DNA from: an uncultured cyanobacterium
Lineage (GTDB): Bacteria > Cyanobacteriota > Cyanobacteriia > PCC-9006 > JAAUQQ01
DNA: 64,000 nt
NCBI GenBank assembly: GCA_963718615.1
Contig: OY970368.1
Location: 5,568,001-5,632,000, forward strand
Direction: 5' to 3'
Position numbers and translations under genes: made by a program. Below the pieces are notes generated by a model. That model was not told where the DNA came from. It searched no databases and was given only the letters and a program-made list of their open reading frames with translations. Positions 55,795 to 64,000 of this stretch are shown in pieces (the stretch's first letter is position 1; each line of letters opens with the position of its first letter).

Positions 55795-58144
55795 CCGCGC
55801 GATGACAGCCAGGATTGACGAAACTCAAGAGGAGCGATTGCAGGCGGTATTGGTTGCGGCGGCGCAGGCACCGGGGAATCGACAGCGGTTTTGGGCTGCG
55901 GGATTGCTGGATGAGGCTGGAAAGCTGGTGGCGGATTGGCAGACAGCCTTTGCGCGACTACGACCTTTGACGAAAGCTGAGTTGCGATCGCAACCCGGCC
56001 AGTTCCTCTCCCAAGCCCAAGACATCGTTTTTCGCGGCAAAACCAGCGGCACCCAGGGCGATGCCTTCACCTATTTTGCCGGAGCCCAGTGGAACCAAAA
56101 ACGCATCGAAGCCCGCCAACGCAGTCTGACTTGGTGGAGAATTGAGCAAACGCCGATGTTGAACTTGGCCAGTCGGCTTGCGCCCGTGCGGCTTCAGGAC
56201 TCCAGCTTGGTGGGACCCGTGGACGAACTGTTTTTGCAAACCTTAGTACAGGTTCTGGATGCTGGACCCGTGGTTTTGCGGGGATATCCCAGTCGCTTGT
56301 GTGAGGTGGTGATCGCCCTCCACCATCACCCCAGCCGACTCAATCCTGAAGCGATTCAAGCGGTGATGACTACTGGGGAATGTTGCTTTGAAGCCCAGCG
56401 ATCGCTCCTCCAAACCACATTTTCCGCGCCGATCATCAATGAATATGGCTGTCAGGAATCGGGACTCTCAGGGCTAAGTTGTCCGGAGGGCGAGCGGCTG
56501 CATTTGGATGGCGATCGCTGTTTCTACGAAGTCATAGATGGCCAACTGCTGACTACAGATCTCTATAACTACACCCTGCCCATGGTCCGCTACAGCAGCG
56601 GCGATGTGTTGGATTTTTACGCGGATCCCTGTCCCTGTGGACGGCCTGGACCGACAGCGCGGGTGCTGGGACGGCAAGAAGAGGAGATTGCGATCGCGGG
56701 TCAGCGGCGATATCCGGGGGAGATCGAACTGCCCCCCTTTGCGGGGATTTTGGCCTATCAAATTCAGCTGGGGGAAAAAGGGATGCGGGTTTGGGTTCAG
56801 CCGGAAACCACGGTGACGCCGGAGCAACTGGCTCAGTTCAAGTCCGGTTGTACAGCGGCATTAGGAGGGTCAAAATCGCCCGCATCATTGCCCGAATCAT
56901 TGCCCGCCATGGCAGCATTGCCCGCCCTAGAGGTTGTGCTGGAGTCTCCAGCGACGGTGTTGGCCCAGGCGCATGGAGGATCTGCTCCCAATTCGGTGCT
57001 CAATGCGGTGAGCAGTACAACTTGGCTTCGACAGGTCACGGAACAGTCTTGGGAACATTGGCTGAATCAGCCCTTGCCCTGGGGAGAGGCCCAGGAGATC
57101 GCGGTTTTATTGCAGGAATTGGTGGCTCCGCGCCAAATCGTGACCCAGGGGTTATCCTCCCAGGTGCGGGCACAGGTCCGGTTCCAGGTCCGAGCGTTAG
57201 CAGCGCCGCTGCACAGCGAAAACTGGGCCTTGGAGGCCCTGAGGCTCAGGGTATTGCTTTGGGCCACGGGGCTGATGGCCGGGGAGGATTGTCAGGATAG
57301 CGCCTTAGAGGCAGAGGCATTATATCGGTTGCTGATGCAGCGTATTGAGGATTTAGCCGAGAATTTAGAGGAGAAACGGTTAGCGGAGCACTCTGCCTTA
57401 GGGTTAGATTTGCTCGCCCCATTACTAACGCTGGAGCGGTCAATGGTGCGATCGCTGTGGCCCAACGTTCGCGATCGCCTCCAGCAGCTCTGGCCCTCAG
57501 GGCTGCGCCCCGATCGGTTGACGATGCATCACTACCTAGCCGTTTTAGATCAAGCCGGTCGAAAAGCACAGCGTCAGCCCCATCCCTGGGTCCCGGCCCT
57601 ACGACCGCTGGCGGCCCTATTGTTGGGGGATTTATCTCGATTTTCGGCACAGTTGAATGGGGCGATCGCCACGGCTTGGATCGAAATGGTGCAGGCTTGT
57701 CCAGGGGAGTTAGTGTGGCAACTGGAAAGCGAGCCGCCGGGAGAACTGGCGTTTTGTCAGGCTTGGTTGGTGCATCGACGGGTGTTGTTGGGGGGAGAGG
57801 CAGAGGAGATCGCGCGATCGCTGGCACAACTCTTTGACCAAGCCCAATCTCCACCGCAGGTCTCCCAGGCTTGGCTAGAAAAAGGCTATGCAACTTTGCT
57901 TCTGGGGGACGCCTTCAATCTGGATGAATGGCTGGAGATTCTACAACCGCAGTTGACGACGAATCCTATGCCCTGGATTCCGCTGCTCAATGCCCTTGCG
58001 CCTCAGCTAGCGGCAGCTGGAAAGCTGGACTGGGCCTATGCCTGTCTGTTTGCGGCGGCTCCGCCCGATCGCCATCGCTCCCAGTTCGATCGCCAAACCC
58101 GAGGCGTTAATCACAAACAGTCGATTATCAAAGGATTACGCTGA
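55778..58144 (+). CDS. phenylacetate-CoA ligase (PaaK/CapK)-like adenylating enzyme with long C-terminal helical extension
   Basis: LTKAELR, TSGTQG, GYPSRL, TTGE, EYGCQE, TDLYNYTLPMVRYSSGD, CPCGR, VLGR. Confidence 0.8.
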   Translation: MHQRNDRAMTARIDETQEERLQAVLVAAAQAPGNRQRFWAAGLLDEAGKLVADWQTAFARLRPLTKAELRSQPGQFLSQAQDIVFRGKTSGTQGDAFTYFAGAQWNQKRIEARQRSLTWWRIEQTPMLNLASRLAPVRLQDSSLVGPVDELFLQTLVQVLDAGPVVLRGYPSRLCEVVIALHHHPSRLNPEAIQAVMTTGECCFEAQRSLLQTTFSAPIINEYGCQESGLSGLSCPEGERLHLDGDRCFYEVIDGQLLTTDLYNYTLPMVRYSSGDVLDFYADPCPCGRPGPTARVLGRQEEEIAIAGQRRYPGEIELPPFAGILAYQIQLGEKGMRVWVQPETTVTPEQLAQFKSGCTAALGGSKSPASLPESLPAMAALPALEVVLESPATVLAQAHGGSAPNSVLNAVSSTTWLRQVTEQSWEHWLNQPLPWGEAQEIAVLLQELVAPRQIVTQGLSSQVRAQVRFQVRALAAPLHSENWALEALRLRVLLWATGLMAGEDCQDSALEAEALYRLLMQRIEDLAENLEEKRLAEHSALGLDLLAPLLTLERSMVRSLWPNVRDRLQQLWPSGLRPDRLTMHHYLAVLDQAGRKAQRQPHPWVPALRPLAALLLGDLSRFSAQLNGAIATAWIEMVQACPGELVWQLESEPPGELAFCQAWLVHRRVLLGGEAEEIARSLAQLFDQAQSPPQVSQAWLEKGYATLLLGDAFNLDEWLEILQPQLTTNPMPWIPLLNALAPQLAAAGKLDWAYACLFAAAPPDRHRSQFDRQTRGVNHKQSIIKGLR

Positions 58145-59196
58145 TGGTAACGTTGCCGGTGACGCTGACGGTTACGCCGCCGGATCTGCCCTTGCCCCTG
58201 GAAACGGCGACGGTCCTGTGTCATGCCTTAGAGAGTGAGGTTTTGCAGCGGGCGATCGCCCTCGAAGCGGCCCAAATTCCCATTCGCTGGCAAAGTCTTG
58301 GGCAAAGTCTCGGGTCTAGAACCCTAGCACCGGATCTACAAGCCTTCAGTTGCTCAGCTCCCTTAGCTCCCTTAGACCGCCCAAGCTATACCTGGCCTAA
58401 AGCCCCCACGGTGCTCGCCCTAATTCCCCACTGGCGCTGCGAAGCTTGGCTGCCCCGCTGTCTGGCTTCGTTGCACCAGCAAACCCATCCCTTGACCAAC
58501 ATCGTTGTCATTGATGACGCTTCCGCCCAGCCGCCCCTAGAGATCGTCCAACGGTTTGAGAACGTGACGCTGCTCACCGCCTTGGAACAGGTCGGTCCCT
58601 ATCGGTTGATCCAGTCCGTCATTGACGCTACGGATTATCATGCCTATTTGTTTCAGGACGCGGATGATTGGTCGAGTGGCGATCGCCTTGCCACGCTCCT
58701 ACAAACGGCCCGAACCCACGGCGCTGCACTGGTTGGCAGTCAAGAAATTCGCGTTCTTGAACCTCAACTCCAACTGCAAACCGTAGGCTATCCTCTGGAT
58801 GTGAACTTGGCTCTGGCCCAGGGTCCTGGTCATCCGCTGCTCCATCCTACCAGTTTGGTGACGCGGTGCTTGGTGCAGCAACTGGGTGGTTTTGCCACGG
58901 GGCTGAGATTTGGGGGTGATACGGAGTTTTTGCTGCGGGCACAGTGGCGAGCTCGAATCGTCAACAGTCCGCGCTATTGCTACTTTCGCCGCAAGCGTCC
59001 TGATTCGCTGACGACAGCCGTGGATACGGGGCTGGATTCTCCGGCGAGGCAGGCGTTAACGCAAACCCTGAAGGCGCGGGCGATCGCCAACCACCAGGCG
59101 GCCCAACACCATCACCCCCTCGACCTCTGCCCTCTCAAAACTGCCCCACCCATCTCCCTGCGCCACATCTGGGGACCAACGTTGCGGATGAGATAA
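58144..59196 (+). CDS. GT2 family glycosyltransferase
   Basis: VVIDDAS, FQDADDWS, GGF..GGDTEF. Confidence 0.88.
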   Translation: MVTLPVTLTVTPPDLPLPLETATVLCHALESEVLQRAIALEAAQIPIRWQSLGQSLGSRTLAPDLQAFSCSAPLAPLDRPSYTWPKAPTVLALIPHWRCEAWLPRCLASLHQQTHPLTNIVVIDDASAQPPLEIVQRFENVTLLTALEQVGPYRLIQSVIDATDYHAYLFQDADDWSSGDRLATLLQTARTHGAALVGSQEIRVLEPQLQLQTVGYPLDVNLALAQGPGHPLLHPTSLVTRCLVQQLGGFATGLRFGGDTEFLLRAQWRARIVNSPRYCYFRRKRPDSLTTAVDTGLDSPARQALTQTLKARAIANHQAAQHHHPLDLCPLKTAPPISLRHIWGPTLRMR

Positions 59197-59247
59197 TCAC
59201 TGAGAAAAGCCACTATCGATCGTCTGATTCATGCCCGCTGAGCGATC

Positions 59248-60222
59248 ATGTTAGATGTCATCATTCCCGTCAAGAATCGCCTCACCCTCAGCCGTTGCGT
59301 AACGACGCTCCTAGAGCAGATTGCCTTAGTCCCAGGATTGCCGTTAGGGCAGATCTTCCTCTGTGATGGCGGCTCAACCGATCGCCTCTGCCAACAACAG
59401 CTTTCCCAGTTGTCTCAGCATCCCAAGGTTCAATGGCTCTCTTGCCCTCATTCCGGCTTCAACAAAAGTTGGCTGATCAATCAAGGGTTGCAAGCTACCA
59501 CCGCCGATCAGATTCTGGTTTCAGATGTGGATATTCTCTGGAATAGTGCTGCGCTCCAAGCGATGGTCACAGTGACGCGATCGCCCCATCAACTCTGCTA
59601 CATCGCCACCGTCGAAGAATCCGAACCCCAAACCGTTGCCCTTCAGCGTCCCCGCTACGCCTACCGACTGACCCAAACGAGTCACGGCGATCAGCTCGAA
59701 CTTTATCTTGTGCCGCCGTCAGATCCATTGCAACCGCTTCGGCGTCCCGGCTATGGGTTGGTTTGTGCCCAGCGATCGCTCTTTCAACGGATCGGTGGTT
59801 ATCGTCACGATTTTCAAGGGTGGGGCTGGGAAGATCAGGATTTGCTCATGCGGGTACAACTCCTGGGATACGAACTCGTCGAAGCAGGTAGCGTGATTCA
59901 CCTTTCCCACGGTGACCATCAGCGCAATCTTAGCGAGGGGGAGCGACCTTCGCCGACGCCCCAGCAGAGTCGCAATCGCAACATCTGCCACTGCCTCGCC
60001 GGACTCGCCCAAGGTCGTCTTCTGGGAGACTGGAAAAATTCCCATTCAGCAGAGCCCCAACCCACCCGTTCCCAATCCACCCGTTGCCTTATAATCCATT
60101 GTCCACCGGAGTTTGCCCATGCGCTTGAGTTTGATTACCCCCTATCGCGATCGCCTGCCCCATCTGATGACGCAACTGACCTGGTGGAGCCAACAAATTC
60201 TTCAGGCTCCGACGCCCCCTGA
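59248..60222 (+). CDS. GT2/GT7-like glycosyltransferase
   Basis: VIIPVKNR, DGGSTD, SDVD, IGGY..FQGWGWEDQD, HLSH. Confidence 0.88.
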   Translation: MLDVIIPVKNRLTLSRCVTTLLEQIALVPGLPLGQIFLCDGGSTDRLCQQQLSQLSQHPKVQWLSCPHSGFNKSWLINQGLQATTADQILVSDVDILWNSAALQAMVTVTRSPHQLCYIATVEESEPQTVALQRPRYAYRLTQTSHGDQLELYLVPPSDPLQPLRRPGYGLVCAQRSLFQRIGGYRHDFQGWGWEDQDLLMRVQLLGYELVEAGSVIHLSHGDHQRNLSEGERPSPTPQQSRNRNICHCLAGLAQGRLLGDWKNSHSAEPQPTRSQSTRCLIIHCPPEFAHALEFDYPLSRSPAPSDDATDLVEPTNSSGSDAP

Positions 60223-60886
60223 CTGGGAATGGATCCTGGTGGAAGTCACGGCGACCCCGTCTCCTCAGCTAGAAAAGCTGCTAACACAACACCGAGTGCA
60301 CTATCTGCATTTGCCCTGTACCGGCGTGTTCCACAAAACCCAAGCCTTAAATCTCGGCTTAGCCCGAGCCCAGGGAAATTTCGTGGCGGCGTTTGATGTG
60401 GATCTAATCCCCGTGGGGAAAACGCTAGAGCGTCACTGTTGGCTGGCGGAGCGATCGCCTCACCTCCTCCTCACGGGCTATCGATTGATGGCTTTAACGG
60501 AAACCCTGGATGGGTCCGATGCTCGGGCGATTGCCACCTGCCTCGCTCAATCTACCCTCGGACCCGAGGACCAACCGACAGCCCTGCGTAAGCATTTGCT
60601 CCAGGGGGAGCGATTTGGGGTGATGCCGCTGTTTGAGCGCGATCGCCTGCTGGCCCTGGGGGGCTGGGACGAAACCTTTCTAGGCTGGGGCGCAGAGGAT
60701 CAAGACCTCATCGAGCGCTATCTCCAAGCGGGGTTAGCCCTCAGCCGCTGCCCTGAATTGGTTTATCTGCATCTCCACCATGGCCCTGCCCCGGATTGGA
60801 ATATTGCCGATTTAACAGCCCAAAATCGAGCTTACTATTATGCCAAGCAGCGTCAGCAAGATGGAATTAAAAAGACCTATTACTAG
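60113..60886 (+). CDS. GT2/GT7-like glycosyltransferase
   Basis: LITPYRDR, FHKTQALNLG, FDVD, GGWDETFLGWGAEDQD, HLHH. Confidence 0.88.
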   Translation: MPMRLSLITPYRDRLPHLMTQLTWWSQQILQAPTPPDWEWILVEVTATPSPQLEKLLTQHRVHYLHLPCTGVFHKTQALNLGLARAQGNFVAAFDVDLIPVGKTLERHCWLAERSPHLLLTGYRLMALTETLDGSDARAIATCLAQSTLGPEDQPTALRKHLLQGERFGVMPLFERDRLLALGGWDETFLGWGAEDQDLIERYLQAGLALSRCPELVYLHLHHGPAPDWNIADLTAQNRAYYYAKQRQQDGIKKTYY

Positions 60887-61188
60887 GCAGAAAATTAAAG
60901 GCTAAAACGGGGATTCTATGGGCCCGATTTGGCCCAAGCGCCTCTCTTACCGTCGGTTGAGATCATTTGACCTAGCGGAGAGACAAATCTTAGAAGGTAT
61001 TAAAAAATATAGATTCTGATAGCCTACGGAAGCCTCAGCCCCTAGGACTCGACATTCCAATTTGATGGGTGATAGGCTCCTTACAAAGCGTTGCTTGGAA
61101 GCGTTGATTCGCGAGTAGTGGCTTTGAGTTATGGGTTGGAATTTTTTAGTTTGGGTCTACACCAAGCTCTAAGCCCCTAGGAGAGGTT

Positions 61189-63996
61189 ATGACTTATCTT
61201 AATGCTGTATTGTCCAGAACCGGAACTCCCCGTGATTGGGATCTGAGTCAATGCATTGACCAAGCCTTTGAGGCTCAAGTCGCTCAAACGCCCGAGCAGG
61301 TGGCGTTGGTCTATGGGGATCAAACCCTGACCTATGGAGAATTAAACCAGCGGGCAAATCAGTTGGCTTGGCATCTCCGCAATAATTATGGGGTGCAGCC
61401 AGAAGATGTCGTTGGGCTTTGTGTCGAACGCTCCTTTGAGCAGATGATTAGCCTTTTCGGGATTCTCAAGGCCGGGGCGGCCTATCTTCCCCTTGATCCC
61501 CACTACCCGGCGGAGCGGCTCGGTTGGATCGTCAGGGATGCTCAGCCCCAGGTCATTGTTACCCAATCGGATTTAGCCGGATGTTTGCCGGAAACCGCAG
61601 CCCAACAGGTTTGGGTCGATCCCTTTTCTTGGTCAACTTGGGCCGACCCTAGCCTCATCCATAACCCGATGTCAGTCGCTGGCCCCGAGCATTTGGCCTA
61701 CATCATCTATACTTCTGGGTCGACGGGGAAACCGAAGGGGGTGATGATTGAGCATCGCTCGTTGATGAATTTTGCTGGGGCGGCGATCGAAGCCTATGGG
61801 TTAAAACCGGGCGATCGCGTCTTGCAATTCAGCACCATTAACTTTGACCTCTCCGTAGAGCAAATTTATCCCTATCTGATCAGTGGGGGATCACTGGCGC
61901 TGCGAACACCGACGATGACAGACTCGATTCCGCAGTTTTTGAGCTGCTGTGAGGCTTGGGGCGTCACGGTTCTAGACCTGCCCACGGCCTACTGGCATCT
62001 CCTGATGGCGGAAATGGTGGCTGGATACTATCAAGCGAGAAAGCAAACGGGAAAGCAAACGGGAAAGCAAACGGGAAAGGGTTCGTTGTCAAATTATGCC
62101 CTGCCCGCTTCGATTCGATTGGCGATCATCATTGGTGAACCTGCCAATCCCCTGCGGGTTTGCCAATGGCGGCAGTATCTGGGCGAACGAGCTCAGCTGA
62201 TTAATGCCTACGGTCCCACGGAAGCGACGGTGGCTGCGACTCAGTATTGGGTTCCCGGTACGCTAGATGAAACCCTAGATGAAACCCTGGAAAAGACCTT
62301 GACACAGACTGGGACCGTGCCGGTGGGCAAGCCCATGGCGAATATGCAGGTGTATTTGCTCGATGACCAGCGGCAGCCCGTGGCCGAGGGAGAAATCGGG
62401 GAAATTTGCATTGGTGGGGTTGGCGTAGCGCGGGGCTATCTCAATCGCCCTGAGCTCAATGGCGATCGCTTTATCCCCGATTCCTTTGCTGCCGTACCGG
62501 GGGCCAGACTCTATCGCACGGGTGATCTGGGTCGCTATTTGCCCAATGGCCTGCTGGACTGCTTGGGACGCATGGATAACCAGGTGAAGGTTCGGGGTTA
62601 TCGAATTGAACTGGGTGAAATTGAGGCACAGCTCAACCAACAGCCGGGGGTCCGGCAGGCCGTGGTGATTGTGCGGGAAGACCAGCCCGGCGATCGCCGT
62701 CTCGTCGCCTACTGGGTCAATCAGCCTGATACCAGTCCTCCCTCCGCCAGTTCTACGGGCAACACCCTCCGCCAAGCCCTAGCCCAGCAGTTGCCGGACT
62801 ATATGATTCCCAGCGCCTTCGTTGAGGTTGAGGCGTTGCCCTTTAATCCCAACGGCAAAATTGACAAAGCAGCTCTGCCCCGCCCACAAGTCCAAGACCC
62901 GCAAGCACAAGACCCACAAGCGCAAGACCTGACCGATCGCCCCCTCCTCAACCCCACCGAACCAAAGCTCATCGCCCTCTGGGAATCTGTTTTAGGGGTG
63001 CACCCGATTCACCCCCATCATCATTTCTTTGAACTGGGGGGCAATTCTCTCTTGGCATTGCGGTTGCTGACGCACATTGAGCAACAGTTGGGCTGTCGTC
63101 TGCTGGTGGCCGATTTGCTCAAAGCGCCTACCCCGAGGGAATTGGCTCAAGTCATTACAACTCAAACTGCCGCTATCCCTTCAGACCTGCCTGCGCCAGC
63201 CCTCGCAGAAACAGCCCTCACCCCAATCAAAACCGGAGGGTCTAAACCACCGTTCTTCTTCATTAATTCCATCAGCTACGCCCTGGCCTTTGGGCCACAC
63301 TTGGAGCCAGACGTCCCCTGCTACGGCATCAACATTTTTGGCCGTACGGAAACCTTGCTTCATCTCCCCGAATTTTCATTGCCAGCCCTCGCAGAAGATC
63401 TCGTGGTGGATCTGCGTCAGGCCCAGCCCCAGGGACCCTATTTTCTGGGGGGGTATTGCGATGATTCCAAGCTGGCGTTGGCGATCGCCCATCTTCTCCA
63501 ATCCCAAGGCGAAGACATTGCGTTCCTGGCTTTCTTGGATGCGACCTGGGAGCCCGAGCGACAAACCCTGGCCTCCCACTGGGACAATCTTCGGCGGTTT
63601 GGATGGAACTATGGGGTTGAAAAACTCAAGGATAAGGTGAAAGTTTGGGGCGATCGCCTCAGTTTGGGCTTGCAGCGTCGTCAAGGCCGTTGGCGTCGAG
63701 CCTTTGGCCATAGTCCCACGGCGATCGAGCGGGATCTCGAACTCCTGCGTCGATACCAACAGGCTTGCAAAACCTATCGTCCTCCCCTATTCCCTGGCAC
63801 GATTCACTGCTACATCACGAGCGAACAGCAGTTGACTCGGATTCCTAAGGTGGAGGCGATCGCCCAAAACGGTATTTCAATTACTTCAGTCTCTGGCTTT
63901 CACCACACGTTATTTCAGCCTCCCCATGCCCAACGGTTAGCCCAGGCTTTGCAATTCGCCATGGAACAAACGCGGAAAGTAAACTTTGTTTGCTAA
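61189..63996 (+). CDS. stand-alone NRPS-like enzyme (A-PCP-TE, no C domain)
   Basis: LTYGELN, YTSGSTGKPKGV, NAYGPTE, YRTGD, RIELGEIE, NGKID; PCP FFELGGNSL; TE GPYFLGGYCDD and GFHH. Confidence 0.93.
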   Translation: MTYLNAVLSRTGTPRDWDLSQCIDQAFEAQVAQTPEQVALVYGDQTLTYGELNQRANQLAWHLRNNYGVQPEDVVGLCVERSFEQMISLFGILKAGAAYLPLDPHYPAERLGWIVRDAQPQVIVTQSDLAGCLPETAAQQVWVDPFSWSTWADPSLIHNPMSVAGPEHLAYIIYTSGSTGKPKGVMIEHRSLMNFAGAAIEAYGLKPGDRVLQFSTINFDLSVEQIYPYLISGGSLALRTPTMTDSIPQFLSCCEAWGVTVLDLPTAYWHLLMAEMVAGYYQARKQTGKQTGKQTGKGSLSNYALPASIRLAIIIGEPANPLRVCQWRQYLGERAQLINAYGPTEATVAATQYWVPGTLDETLDETLEKTLTQTGTVPVGKPMANMQVYLLDDQRQPVAEGEIGEICIGGVGVARGYLNRPELNGDRFIPDSFAAVPGARLYRTGDLGRYLPNGLLDCLGRMDNQVKVRGYRIELGEIEAQLNQQPGVRQAVVIVREDQPGDRRLVAYWVNQPDTSPPSASSTGNTLRQALAQQLPDYMIPSAFVEVEALPFNPNGKIDKAALPRPQVQDPQAQDPQAQDLTDRPLLNPTEPKLIALWESVLGVHPIHPHHHFFELGGNSLLALRLLTHIEQQLGCRLLVADLLKAPTPRELAQVITTQTAAIPSDLPAPALAETALTPIKTGGSKPPFFFINSISYALAFGPHLEPDVPCYGINIFGRTETLLHLPEFSLPALAEDLVVDLRQAQPQGPYFLGGYCDDSKLALAIAHLLQSQGEDIAFLAFLDATWEPERQTLASHWDNLRRFGWNYGVEKLKDKVKVWGDRLSLGLQRRQGRWRRAFGHSPTAIERDLELLRRYQQACKTYRPPLFPGTIHCYITSEQQLTRIPKVEAIAQNGISITSVSGFHHTLFQPPHAQRLAQALQFAMEQTRKVNFVC

Positions 63997-64000
63997 GCCA

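Overview
This is a cyanobacterial chromosome segment, judged from the dense GCGATCGC HIP1 octamers, psbU, btpA, ndhD and a complete rrn operon (16S, tRNA-Ile, tRNA-Ala, 23S, 5S). Housekeeping genes include thrB, ndhD2-like, nadC, nadB, rimO-crhR, VKOR and a CrtL-type cyclase. Three accessory regions stand out. (1) 6.1-10.8 kb: a frameshifted, compositionally mosaic filamentous-haemagglutinin (TpsA-like) gene, preceded by three degenerate copies of its own promoter/leader. The copies bracket two decayed toxin-antitoxin cassettes. (2) 47.5-53.2 kb: an AT-richer, HIP1-poor six-gene island. It carries a BpsA-like SAM-dependent transferase with an NPPW motif (interrupted by an IS3-family element with a TCA target duplication) and two mutually paralogous unknown proteins. 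It also carries an HTH + ImmA/IrrE metallopeptidase + PIN operon behind a palindromic operator. This is the best candidate for an undescribed (defence/modification) system. It is followed by MITE-disrupted and intact TA loci. (3) 55.8-64 kb: a putative biosynthetic cluster (CoA-ligase-like gene, three glycosyltransferases, stand-alone A-T-TE NRPS with a Cys-type TE motif). All calls come from reading motifs by eye; no database searches were run.
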